Positions 38,948 through 48,772 are shown, counted from the stretch's first letter. The stretch: 64,000 bases of DNA from Alteromonas sp. (GCA_964220215.1 CAXPTH010000003.1:1-64000); one strand, 5' to 3'. Notes: generated by a model from the letters alone, not told the origin. Program-made: numbers and translations.

Positions 38948-40238
38948 AAAAGAAGCGGTTCTTGCAGCCCTATCCAGTGTATACCATGAGGATCAAGACA
39001 TTGTTCGATTGGGATATGTGAAACACTTAGTTGTCAAAGGGGATGCGGTATCCTTAGCCTTGGATCTGGGTGGTAGTGCGTATGATGAACGCCATGCGTA
39101 TAAGCAACAGGCCCAAACGGTGATATCGGGTTTAGCGTGGGTAGCCAGTGTGGAGATTGGCTTAATTCCACGGTCCCAGTCAACCCATCCGCAACCGGAG
39201 CAGGGATTGGATCGCGTCAACACCATTGTGGCCGTTTCCAGTTGTAAAGGCGGGGTCGGGAAATCCACCGTTGCGGTTAATCTGGCGTTTTCGTTGGCAA
39301 AACAAGGCTATTCTGTTGGCTTTTTTGATGCCGATATTTATGGCCCCAGTCTGGATACGTTAATTCATTTACCCCCAGAACCGTTGGGTATGATTAACGA
39401 GCAAATAATTCCCAAAGTGTTTCAGGATGTTAAATTAATGTCCTTTGCTTATACCCAAGATCCCAGCGAACCCGAGCCAGCCATTATGCGAGGCCCCATG
39501 GTGAGTCGCCTGATTCAGCAATTGTTAATGGGTACCCAATGGGGAGAGTTGGATTATTTGATTTTGGATTTGCCGCCAGGAACCGGCGACATTCACATTA
39601 CCTTGGCCCAATTAATTCCCATTGCAGCCGCCCTGATTGTAACCACGCCACAAGCCCTGAGCTTGGTGGATGTGATTAAAGGCATTCATATGTTTGATTC
39701 GTTAAACATTCCAACGGTAGGGGTGGTTGAAAACATGAGCTACTTTCTATGCGAGGGGTGTACCCATCGGCATTATCCATTTGGGCAAGGCGCCAAAGAC
39801 TATTTGGAAAGCCAATATGGCTTTAGCCATACCATTCAGTTGCCGTTGGATGCCGTGTTGACAACAGCGTGCGATCATGGAGTTCCGCTGGTCTTGGCGG
39901 ATCCCGATCATTCGGTTAGTGTGGCGTTTCAAGAACTGGCACAAGGCCTGACGCAGCGTTTGGCCGAACAAGGGGATCGAACCCTGCCTGCCCTAAGCTA
40001 TGCAGACAATCAGCTAACCCTGACGCATCAGAGTCATGCGCATTCAATTCATTTAGATGCATTAAGACAGGCGTGTCAGTGTGCATTGTGCACATCGGAT
40101 ACCCCCACGGGTATTCAGAGCGATGCCGTTCCGGTTGATATTCAGCCGGTTGGTCAATATGCCATTGGGGTTCAATGGTCGGATGATCATGCGTCGTTGT
40201 ATCCCCACACCGCTTTGCTGGCCTTGACGCATGTCTAA
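38940..40238 (+). CDS. Mrp/ApbC Fe-S carrier ATPase with DUF59 and C-terminal DUF971-like domain (HCF101-like architecture)
   Basis: SCKGGVGKST, DADIYGPS, DLPPGTGD, VENMS..CEGC, C-terminal LRQACQCALC...VGQYAIGVQWSDDHASLY. Confidence 0.9.
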   Translation: MNKKEAVLAALSSVYHEDQDIVRLGYVKHLVVKGDAVSLALDLGGSAYDERHAYKQQAQTVISGLAWVASVEIGLIPRSQSTHPQPEQGLDRVNTIVAVSSCKGGVGKSTVAVNLAFSLAKQGYSVGFFDADIYGPSLDTLIHLPPEPLGMINEQIIPKVFQDVKLMSFAYTQDPSEPEPAIMRGPMVSRLIQQLLMGTQWGELDYLILDLPPGTGDIHITLAQLIPIAAALIVTTPQALSLVDVIKGIHMFDSLNIPTVGVVENMSYFLCEGCTHRHYPFGQGAKDYLESQYGFSHTIQLPLDAVLTTACDHGVPLVLADPDHSVSVAFQELAQGLTQRLAEQGDRTLPALSYADNQLTLTHQSHAHSIHLDALRQACQCALCTSDTPTGIQSDAVPVDIQPVGQYAIGVQWSDDHASLYPHTALLALTHV

Positions 40239-41583
40239 TCAGCACCCACAGCTATTGATTATGGGACGCCCCAATGTGGGAAAGTCCACGATTATTAATC
40301 GATTATTGGGAAAGCGACAAGCCATTACATCGGATGAATCAGGCGTCACTCGGGATATTGCGATGTACCCGTTAACGTGGGATTCCCATGCGCTGCTATT
40401 GGTGGACAGTGGGGGGGTGTTTTTAAGCAATTCCAGCGATATTTATTTACAATCGGCTATTGAATCCAGGGTCAAGCATGCCATTGAGCAAGCCAGCGCA
40501 ATTTTATTTGTCGTGGACTACCAAGCGGGTATTCAAACGCATGATCAACTGATTGCACGGTATTTGCACCAGGCCAACCGACCGGTGTATGTGTTGGTGA
40601 ATAAAGTGGACGATACCCGGGTGCATCATGAGTATACGGAGTTTTATCGCTTGGGATTTGATGCGGTGTATCCAGTATCGGGGGCGCACGGCACTGGCTT
40701 TTCGGATTTGTTGGATGCCGTGTGCACGCAGGTGTATGCTGAAGCAGATAAGGTAGAGGCGGTAGAATCAGACGCTAGTCACAGCATTGCGTTTATTGGG
40801 CGCCCGAATGTGGGCAAGTCGTCGTTGCTCAATACAATTTTAAATGATGAGCGTGTGCTGGTGGATAATAAAGCTGGAACCACCCGAGATTCCATTCGGG
40901 TGCCGTTTCAATTTCAGGATCAGTCGTTTATGTTGGTGGATACGGCGGGTATTCGCCGAAAATCAAAAATTACCGATGATGTTGAGTATTATTCGGTCGT
41001 TCGGTCCTCCTCTGCCATGAGTGATGTGGATGTGGTTGTGCTAGTTTTGGAGGCGGATCCGTTTTTAACCGATCACGATAAGCGGTTGCTTAGTATGGCC
41101 ATGGATTCGGCCAAGGCCATTATTGTCTTTGTGAATAAATGGGATTTGTTGGAACGCAGCGATGCCAATCGGCGTTCGTTAATTAAAAAAGCGACCTGGG
41201 CGATGCCCGCCTTGCAGCATTATCCGTTTATTTTTGGGTCGGCCCATTTGGGGCATCAGCATCACAGTATTTTTGCAAAGATTCCGGATTTGGTGGCTCG
41301 GAGTCAGCAACGCATTCAAACATCGCGGTTAAATCAGTTTATTCGATCGGTGGTGGATCACAGCCAACCGCCCTCAAAAACGGGGCAGCCGTTGCGTATT
41401 TTTTATGCCACACAAGCGGAAAGCAGCCCGCCAACGTTTATCTTTTTTGTGAATAACAAACAGTTGCTATCGCCACAATACCAACGATTTTTAGAGAAAC
41501 GCTTTCGAGAGGCGTTTGATTTTGAGGGGGTCCCCATTCGGTTATTTTTTAAGAATCGAGCTAAAGTTAATATTCGAGAGTAA
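40231..41583 (+). CDS. der: Ribosome biogenesis GTPase Der/EngA
   Basis: Two GRPNVGKS G-domains, DTAGIRR, NKWD, C-terminal KH-like FEGVPIRL. Confidence 0.97.
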   Translation: MSNQHPQLLIMGRPNVGKSTIINRLLGKRQAITSDESGVTRDIAMYPLTWDSHALLLVDSGGVFLSNSSDIYLQSAIESRVKHAIEQASAILFVVDYQAGIQTHDQLIARYLHQANRPVYVLVNKVDDTRVHHEYTEFYRLGFDAVYPVSGAHGTGFSDLLDAVCTQVYAEADKVEAVESDASHSIAFIGRPNVGKSSLLNTILNDERVLVDNKAGTTRDSIRVPFQFQDQSFMLVDTAGIRRKSKITDDVEYYSVVRSSSAMSDVDVVVLVLEADPFLTDHDKRLLSMAMDSAKAIIVFVNKWDLLERSDANRRSLIKKATWAMPALQHYPFIFGSAHLGHQHHSIFAKIPDLVARSQQRIQTSRLNQFIRSVVDHSQPPSKTGQPLRIFYATQAESSPPTFIFFVNNKQLLSPQYQRFLEKRFREAFDFEGVPIRLFFKNRAKVNIRE

Positions 41584-42910
41584 GCGATTCTTTTTCTCTT
41601 CCCCATAATTGTTGATGAAGCGTCCCATTTTTTTGAGCGCCCCTGTATAAAATTTTAAATTTATTTTGAATCGTAGCCAGTATTTTTTTTTGATAAACAG
41701 GGTGGTGTTCGATGAGCAAATGGCGAATTAAACTAGCCAGTCGATAGATATCCATGGCCAGGTAGCGGTGCGATAATTGATCGGCATGGCCACCGTATTT
41801 CACAACCGTGGGTATCGGGGATAGCCCAATTGGTAATTCTCTTGATAGAGACAACCATAAATCATAATCTTCACAAGCGGGCAACTGGGTTTGGAACCCC
41901 CCATGAGCCAGGAGCCAGTCCCGCCGAATTAATACCGCAGAGGGGGACACCATACACCGTTGGCAAGCGGCATCAAATATCCAGCCGGCAACCTTAATAT
42001 GATGCCGTTGGGGCATGACTGGCTTACCATGACGAATCCATTGCTCAGGACTTTGCAACCAATAGTAAAAGGGGGCTTCCGCATGCGTTTTGCACAGCCG
42101 TTCAATGTGATCTGGCAACCAATAATCATCGTTATCTAAAAAGGCCACCCACGGTGTTTGGGCGTGGTGAATTCCACAATTTCGAGCATAGGAAACCCCT
42201 CGAGCCGATTCCGGTTCTCGAATGACCGAACATGCCGATACGGGGTACGTTTGGTCATAGACTGATTGAATGGCCCGGCGTGTTTCACGCGGTCGTTGAA
42301 AAGCTGGAATAATTGCCGTAATATCATCGGGGGTTACAGGCGCCCAGGTCAATAGTGCTTGAATATCGGCATGCAAACTCGGCAACTGGTTTTTATAGTC
42401 CCGAATCGATGGTTGATGGCCAAAATCACTCACACGCTTAAGCACATGAAAGGAGGTTGGGGTATTGTGAAAAACAGCCGCCTGAGCACTCGCTTCCATA
42501 TCAACACACGGTGCCAAGGGCCACGCTGGCACAGCATGCACCGGCGTGGGGCTGCTATACAAGGTATCCGTACTGTATGGGGCCAGTGGCCACGGAATCG
42601 GCAAACGGTCTGGCATTGTATACCGGGTAGTTTGCGTCTGCACATGCGTTATATGCAACCAAGTGCCCCAAGGATGGTGACGCTGTAACGCCGCACAGGT
42701 TCCAATATTAACCACATACCGGGGATTGAGCTCGGTGTGAATATACTCAGCGGCCTGGTGCGACTGAGCCAGTCCAAGACCGGTAACAACAATGGCCACA
42801 CGATCAAATAAGTAATAAATGGATGTGCCCTTAGGTGGACGCCATTGGGGGGGCAGTTCAGCGGCCAAGGCCACAGTAATGACTAATTCGAGCTTATAGG
42901 TTGCTGGCAA
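41567..42910 (-). CDS. Fusion of an MTA/SAH nucleosidase-like (PNP_UDP) domain and a GT2 glycosyltransferase
   Basis: N-terminal VTGLG, VNIGTCAAL, CVDMEASA, KRVSD; C-terminal IIPAFQR, GVSYARNCG, AFLDNDDYW, CEDYDLWL. Start placed at TTG 42910 (ORF track gives 42979). Confidence 0.8.
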   Translation of the reverse strand: MPATYKLELVITVALAAELPPQWRPPKGTSIYYLFDRVAIVVTGLGLAQSHQAAEYIHTELNPRYVVNIGTCAALQRHHPWGTWLHITHVQTQTTRYTMPDRLPIPWPLAPYSTDTLYSSPTPVHAVPAWPLAPCVDMEASAQAAVFHNTPTSFHVLKRVSDFGHQPSIRDYKNQLPSLHADIQALLTWAPVTPDDITAIIPAFQRPRETRRAIQSVYDQTYPVSACSVIREPESARGVSYARNCGIHHAQTPWVAFLDNDDYWLPDHIERLCKTHAEAPFYYWLQSPEQWIRHGKPVMPQRHHIKVAGWIFDAACQRCMVSPSAVLIRRDWLLAHGGFQTQLPACEDYDLWLSLSRELPIGLSPIPTVVKYGGHADQLSHRYLAMDIYRLASLIRHLLIEHHPVYQKKILATIQNKFKILYRGAQKNGTLHQQLWGREKESLTLEY

Positions 42911-43697
42911 GCCGACCGCGATTGCGTTGTTCCCGAAGCGCATCCAATTCGGGGTTTTTGGGGTCATCCGGACGTCCAATAAATGTTGTGGAGTGTGCTG
43001 GCAATGTCACGCTAGATTCCAAAGCCGTGTAATAGTACACAGCAATAGACTTTCGCGTCATGGACTCGGGACATTGAATGGGGTCTGGGAACCCATGGTA
43101 AGATCGCTCCGACGTATTAAATAAGACAAATCGATTAAAGAGTGGGGCAACACTGGCCATTTTTTTTGTTAAAACATGCTGATTGTTGGCATCTTGGTGG
43201 CCATCCCAAATGTCAAAAAAACCACCGTAAGCATCCTCCCAGTCTTTGTTTAAATATAAAATTCCATTGAGCCTGCGATGCAATTTGAGTTTTGGGTGAA
43301 TATTAAAATCAATGTGGATGTCCAATTTGCCCCCACGCTGCGATTGATGGATGCCCCCGCCCCGATAATACGGATCCGGAATCAGGCCGTCAATGCCGGT
43401 CAACGCTTCTAAAAAATTTAAAAATTGCGCACTGTTTAATTCTTGGAGAATCGCCACAATGGGGTCTGGCAACACCGATAATCGATCCATGCCGAGTTTT
43501 TTTTCTAAGGGGTTGTCGTATTTGTAAAAGGCCATCGAATCGGGGCTTGGGAACGCATCCAAAGCTGCATTCGCTGCATCGGTTTGTGCAAAATTATCAA
43601 ATTGAATATAGGGATACGGTTCTGTGTTTTGATACGATTGTGCGTGTGTATTGGCTAAATCGGTTAGTGTTGTGTAATCAAAAATCATGTTCATCAA
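42894..43697 (-). CDS. 2OG-Fe(II) oxygenase
   Basis: PDPYYRGGGIHQ, HIDFN (HxD), RRLNGILYLN, SYHG, RKSIAVYYY. Confidence 0.9.
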   Translation of the reverse strand: MMNMIFDYTTLTDLANTHAQSYQNTEPYPYIQFDNFAQTDAANAALDAFPSPDSMAFYKYDNPLEKKLGMDRLSVLPDPIVAILQELNSAQFLNFLEALTGIDGLIPDPYYRGGGIHQSQRGGKLDIHIDFNIHPKLKLHRRLNGILYLNKDWEDAYGGFFDIWDGHQDANNQHVLTKKMASVAPLFNRFVLFNTSERSYHGFPDPIQCPESMTRKSIAVYYYTALESSVTLPAHSTTFIGRPDDPKNPELDALREQRNRGRLASNL

Positions 43698-43738
43698 TAA
43701 TACCCAACACTAATAAATTGTGTCAATTTATTTCTTTA

Positions 43739-44464
43739 TCAATGGGATAAATAATTCGCAATAATACCCGCTGTAACCGCAACGTTCAACGATTCAACGT
43801 GGGGTGCTGTTGGAATTCGAATTTTTTCTGGCTTATAGCGGCTATTTAGTGATTCTCGCACACCGTGGCCTTCAGACCCTAATATAATCCCCAATTTGAC
43901 TGGTTTTTTTAGGCGTTTGAAATCGGGGTTCCCCGTTGGATCCAGTGCATACCAAGCTCGGTCCACTGGCAGCGCATCGTCGGCTAGGCTGACAACCGGT
44001 TGACGATGAATCATGCCGGCACTGGCTCGTACACAATCCGGATGAAACGGATCCGAACCTTGCCCACAACACACAACCAACGCACTGGGCAAAAATGCCG
44101 ATACGGACCGAATAATGGCTCCCAAATTACCTGGATTTTGAATGGTATCGCACACAACCCAATGCGTATACTCAGCTTCAGCCGACCATGTCGGTTGGCG
44201 AATAATGGCGAAAACCCCTTGGGATCGCTGGGTTAACTTAATGCGATTAAACCAGGATTCGCTAACGGTATAAACGGGCGCTTGAGCATTCAAGTCAAGG
44301 GCTGTCCCGTCGCGCAGAATGAAACATACAATATCAGCGGGCGGCACTGCCTGCAAATGCTTGATTGACTCACTGACATAAACCCCATAAGACTTTCGTG
44401 CATCCGCTGCCGTCGCTAACCGATTAATTGTTTTATACGAGTAGGGCAGAGACTCAATAGACAT
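43739..44464 (-). CDS. TrmH/SpoU-family RNA methyltransferase
   Basis: IQNPGNLGAIIRS, LGSEGHG, VESLNVAVTAGI. Confidence 0.92.
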   Translation of the reverse strand: MSIESLPYSYKTINRLATAADARKSYGVYVSESIKHLQAVPPADIVCFILRDGTALDLNAQAPVYTVSESWFNRIKLTQRSQGVFAIIRQPTWSAEAEYTHWVVCDTIQNPGNLGAIIRSVSAFLPSALVVCCGQGSDPFHPDCVRASAGMIHRQPVVSLADDALPVDRAWYALDPTGNPDFKRLKKPVKLGIILGSEGHGVRESLNSRYKPEKIRIPTAPHVESLNVAVTAGIIANYLSH

Positions 44465-44646
44465 AGTCCCTATAATACGACTGTTTAGCCTTACAATTCA
44501 ATAACGGATGCCCTTTATTTAATAGTTTTTTGTGATGATTTTTAAAAAATAATAACACATTTAAATTAAAATGCAGAGGGTGTTTGAAAATATTGGACAG
44601 CGGGTATTCGTTACTAGAGATACATTGAACAACAAAGGAGTCCATC

Positions 44647-45768
44647 ATGAATAGTCAACAGTTTCAATATCATCGACGACATGGTTGGTCCAGTCCAATC
44701 CAATTGGATGCCGATGTGGATTTGGTGCTTGTGTTTGGGGATAAACGGTTGGTTAAAGCGGATTCGCATAACCAAATAATTAATCGAAACTTTCCCAATG
44801 CGGTGATTGCCGCTGTATCCACAGCGGGTGAAATTCAGGGCAATCAAATTTACGATAACACGTTGTCTATAACGGCGATTACCTTTGAAAAGACATCTGT
44901 GAGTGGCATTCAGGTTGATTTAAGTAACTTTAAGGATAGTTTTGATGCTGGGCAGGAGTTGGGTCAATCATTTAACCAAAAAGACTTGTCTCATGTTCTA
45001 GTATTTGCTGATGGCATGATGACCAATGGGTCCGATCTTGTTGAGGGTTTGGAATCCGTTTTATTGGATCACATTACGATTTCTGGTGGATTGGCTGGGG
45101 ATGGCGTCAGTTTTAATGAAAGCATTGTGGGCTTAAATGGCAATAACCAAACCAATCAGGCTATTGTTATCGGGTTTTACGGCACGGCCATTCATATTGA
45201 GCATGCCTTGCGATCGGGATGGACACCCCTAGGCCCCAAAAAGAAAATTACGTTATCAACTAAAAATACAGTGTATGAATTTGATCATAAACCCGCAATT
45301 GAGTTTTACAAATCGTATTTAAAAGAACAGGCGGATTCACTGCCTTCCTCCGGCTTATTGTTTCCGATTAAGCTATTCAATGATGATGATACACAGGTTA
45401 TTCGAACCGTTGTCGGGCTTGATACACACGATCAGTCCTTACGCTTTGCAGGCAATATGCCCGAAGGCGCTTTCACTCAAATTATGCACGCAACAGCTGA
45501 TGATTTGTTAAATGGAGTCACGCAAGCTGCCCAAACACTCGAGCCCCATCATCCGGATCTGGTTATTATGGTTAGTTGTGTGGCGCGAAAATTAGTGTTA
45601 GATAACCAAATCCACGAGGAAGTGCAGGATGTCTACAACTGTCTTTCGCATTCAAACTATTCAATGGCTGGATTTTATTCGTACGGACAAATTAATCCTG
45701 GACACACAAGTAAAAAAAGTCGTTTGCATAATCAAACCATGACACTCATTGCGATTCGGGAGTCCTAA
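44647..45768 (+). CDS. FIST (NosP-like) signal-sensing protein, paralog 1
   Basis: STAGEI, SGGLAGDG, GWTPLG, VSCVARK, GFYSYGQI, LHNQTMT; SD AAAGGAG. Confidence 0.93.
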   Translation: MNSQQFQYHRRHGWSSPIQLDADVDLVLVFGDKRLVKADSHNQIINRNFPNAVIAAVSTAGEIQGNQIYDNTLSITAITFEKTSVSGIQVDLSNFKDSFDAGQELGQSFNQKDLSHVLVFADGMMTNGSDLVEGLESVLLDHITISGGLAGDGVSFNESIVGLNGNNQTNQAIVIGFYGTAIHIEHALRSGWTPLGPKKKITLSTKNTVYEFDHKPAIEFYKSYLKEQADSLPSSGLLFPIKLFNDDDTQVIRTVVGLDTHDQSLRFAGNMPEGAFTQIMHATADDLLNGVTQAAQTLEPHHPDLVIMVSCVARKLVLDNQIHEEVQDVYNCLSHSNYSMAGFYSYGQINPGHTSKKSRLHNQTMTLIAIRES

Positions 45769-45826
45769 ATAGCGGACAACCTTACGCCGATTGCGTGGGT
45801 GTTACTCAAACGCATTGACTTGATTG

Positions 45827-46666
45827 TTAAACCACATGCAAGCTTAGCCCTTCATAGGCCATTGTAATTGAAAATGAATACGATTTTTCTTTAATGTAAA
45901 AGTTTATGCGTTCTCGCATTTCATCAATATCCTGATCGGTTCGGCAAGGATCGTGATGGGTCAGCACCAATTGTTTGATATTAGCCATGGCTGCCAAATC
46001 ACACACTGATCGATAATCACTGTGTCCCCAACCGGACTTTTCTTTAATCTCTTCCGGTAAATATTGGCAATCGTGAATCAGCAAGTCACACTGTTTAAAA
46101 ACGTTGGCAAAGTCTGAGACGGATCGCGCGGATGAGTCAGTAGACAATAGCTCATTATCGGTACAAATGGCGATTGATTTTTGATCCAGGGTCAGTTTAT
46201 AAACGGTATAACCACCCGGATGATTGGCCGGCACCGTATCCATACGCAATGTACTGGGCAATGTTCTAGACTGTGAGTTAAATTGGTGAAATGTACAATT
46301 GCTGGGCAGGTGATCAAATTCAACCGGAAACTGCTGCCCATTCATTTGCGATATAATATTGTTTTCCCATCCTTTCGGATAATCGGCAATGAAATGAATG
46401 TCTTGATTGGGAATGTACAAGGGCTTAAAAAAGGGAAGTCCCTGAATATGATCCCAATGAAAATGGGTGAAGTATAAATAGAGTGGGTCGGTTTTATTAA
46501 TAATTTGATCCCCTAAATCAACGATACCCGTTCCAGCATCAATAATCATCGAATGCCCATTTTCCAGTATAATTTGCAAGCACGTTGTTTTGCCCCCATA
46601 CCGGCAATAGGCGTCCCCAGAAATGGGAAGAGACCCCCGAACACCAAAAAATTTAATGCGTATCAT
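45827..46666 (-). CDS. Metallo-beta-lactamase-fold hydrolase (RNase Z/class II-like cNMP phosphodiesterase candidate)
   Basis: FGVRGS, IDAGTG, THFHWDHIQGLPFF (HxHxDH), NHPGG, HDCQY, GWGHS, THHDP. Confidence 0.88.
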   Translation of the reverse strand: MIRIKFFGVRGSLPISGDAYCRYGGKTTCLQIILENGHSMIIDAGTGIVDLGDQIINKTDPLYLYFTHFHWDHIQGLPFFKPLYIPNQDIHFIADYPKGWENNIISQMNGQQFPVEFDHLPSNCTFHQFNSQSRTLPSTLRMDTVPANHPGGYTVYKLTLDQKSIAICTDNELLSTDSSARSVSDFANVFKQCDLLIHDCQYLPEEIKEKSGWGHSDYRSVCDLAAMANIKQLVLTHHDPCRTDQDIDEMRERINFYIKEKSYSFSITMAYEGLSLHVV

Positions 46667-47531
46667 GATGATTGCTCCTGTCTTGATCCAATAAGCACAA
46701 GTAACTCACTAGATTCGGCATTTCTTTCAAATTTAAGTGTTTATTTTTTTTAAATCGTGTTTGATACGGAGGGGATAATTTATGATACGTATGTTCTGTA
46801 ATATGAATGGCATTGCCCACACCGTGTGATTCCATACGGCTAGCAATGTTAACGGTATTGCCCCAAACATCATAATTAAACACCGTTTTTCCAATGAGAC
46901 CCGCAATAATCGGACCAGAATGAATCCCGACTTTTAATTTTGATTGAATTGAATACGACAGTATCTTTTTTGAAAATCCCTGAATAATTGACTGTGCCAT
47001 ATCAATGAGTTGATCCAATTGCCCCTGACGGTGGTTATGGATCCCAGATACGACCATATAGCAATCCCCAATGGTTTTGATTTTCTGAACGTTGTACTGC
47101 AGGGCAATATCGTCAAACAGGCAAAAGACATCATTTAAGAAGCTCACAACCGTTTGGGTACCCATTTGATCCGTTAATGCCGTAAACCCAACAATGTCAG
47201 CAAACAGAACATGGGCCTCTGGAATCGCATCCGCAATGGATGCTTCGCCCTGTAATACACGGTTGCTAATATCTTGTGGCAATATATTTAATAATATAGT
47301 TTCAATGCTTTTTTTATTGGATTCGATCAGTTCGTTTTTTTCTAACAATTCACTGGAGACTAGAGATAGGGAATGCTCGGCACGAGCGCGGTGTGCCATT
47401 AGGTCATTAAACGCGATGTCACAGGCCTCAACAAACGCTTGAATGGGTGGGGGGAGTTGATTAAACGACTCCGACATCGGCAAATATTTTTTAAGGAGCC
47501 GCAATAACAGTCGATTGTTTACAGGGATCAT
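46653..47531 (-). CDS. Soluble class III nucleotidyl cyclase with ATP-specifying residues
   Basis: LFADIVGFT, KIKTIGDCYM, GIHSGP, YDVWGNTVNIASRMES; ILLNILP helix before the catalytic domain; no TM segment. Confidence 0.93.
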   Translation of the reverse strand: MIPVNNRLLLRLLKKYLPMSESFNQLPPPIQAFVEACDIAFNDLMAHRARAEHSLSLVSSELLEKNELIESNKKSIETILLNILPQDISNRVLQGEASIADAIPEAHVLFADIVGFTALTDQMGTQTVVSFLNDVFCLFDDIALQYNVQKIKTIGDCYMVVSGIHNHRQGQLDQLIDMAQSIIQGFSKKILSYSIQSKLKVGIHSGPIIAGLIGKTVFNYDVWGNTVNIASRMESHGVGNAIHITEHTYHKLSPPYQTRFKKNKHLNLKEMPNLVSYLCLLDQDRSNHHDTH

Positions 47532-48670
47532 TCAATTTCTCGCATCGCTGTAATGGTCATGGTTTGATTATGCAGCAAGCTAACTGAATTGGCTTGATGA
47601 TCAAATGGGCATAGTTCGCCATATGAATAAAATCCAGCTATTGAATTTTTAGATTTGCTAAAAATTGCTGCAATTTCTTCAATTTCTTCATCAGCCTGCT
47701 GACCCATAATGAGCTTTCGGCCAACACAGCTGACCAAGATAATAAACTCCGGATCGGGATTCATAGCCATGCTTGATTCAGCGGCTTCAATCGCGCCGCC
47801 AATGAGATCATCGGTTGTGGCATGCATCATTTGAGCCACAGTGCCTTCTGGAACATCCCCGGCAAAAATTAATGCGTTTTCCGTTTCATCAATGCCCACA
47901 ACAGTACGAACCAATGATTTTTGTTTAGAATTTTGGTTATAAATTGATAATGGAAATAGTAGGCCGGAAGCCGGTAAATTTAATTCTTGATCTTGGGTAT
48001 ACAATTTATAGAGATCCAATGCGGCTTGTTTATCCAGCTCATACAGTATATTGTTATCCGCCCGTGTAATAGATCGCTTGGGGCCAAAGGGCCGCCATCC
48101 CCCACGGGACCCATATCCAATTTTTAATGATTGTCCATAAAACCCAATCATACAGGTTTGATGCGGTTTGTAATGACCATTGAGGCCCAATACAGATTCA
48201 TTAAAGTCAGCACCGTCTCCAGACAGTCCGCCCGTAACAGCAATTGTTTTTGGAATCACGGAGTAAATACCGGCTAATAGTTCAGTGGCATTGGTGACGA
48301 CCCCATCGGAAATAACAAATAGATGGCATAGATCATCGTGATTGAGTGCATTGGCCATGGCTTGACCCGCCATAAAATTGCTTGAAAAATCATTTAAATC
48401 CAACTGAATGCTTTTAATAGTTGTTTTTTTAAAGGTAACCGCGCTGACCGATAGGCTATCATCGTAGGTTTGGTTGCCATGTATTTCACCCGATGTTGAT
48501 GAGACTAAAATAATGGCATTTGGAAAGGTGTCGTCTAATACCGACATAATTGCGTGTGTTTCTACTAATTTTTTAGCACCAAACACCAACACCCAGTCCA
48601 CATTGGGCTGTATGTATAGTGGACGAACCCAGCCGGTTTTATCATGGTATTGAAATTGCTCCACATTCAT
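47528..48670 (-). CDS. FIST (NosP-like) signal-sensing protein, paralog 2
   Basis: STSGEI, TGGLSGDG, GGWRPFG, VSCVGRK, GFYSYGEL, LHNQTMT; SD AAGGAG places the start at ATG 48670. Confidence 0.93.
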   Translation of the reverse strand: MNVEQFQYHDKTGWVRPLYIQPNVDWVLVFGAKKLVETHAIMSVLDDTFPNAIILVSSTSGEIHGNQTYDDSLSVSAVTFKKTTIKSIQLDLNDFSSNFMAGQAMANALNHDDLCHLFVISDGVVTNATELLAGIYSVIPKTIAVTGGLSGDGADFNESVLGLNGHYKPHQTCMIGFYGQSLKIGYGSRGGWRPFGPKRSITRADNNILYELDKQAALDLYKLYTQDQELNLPASGLLFPLSIYNQNSKQKSLVRTVVGIDETENALIFAGDVPEGTVAQMMHATTDDLIGGAIEAAESSMAMNPDPEFIILVSCVGRKLIMGQQADEEIEEIAAIFSKSKNSIAGFYSYGELCPFDHQANSVSLLHNQTMTITAMREIE

Positions 48671-48772
48671 ATTAAGCTCCTTATTATTCACAATCGTATT
48701 GCATCAATCATGATTGCTTATACGTTTATACCCGTTTAACAAAATGATTAAACATAATTTGACAGGCTAATT

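Noticed and set aside
45770..45826. Terminator between the convergent FIST and MBL genes
   Set aside because: Only a weak hairpin relying on G-U pairs and no T-tract.
45827..47531. Pycsar-like anti-phage system (cyclase plus partner)
   Set aside because: The cyclase has canonical ATP-specifying K/D residues, there is no TIR or cNMP-binding TM effector, and the context is FIST sensors.
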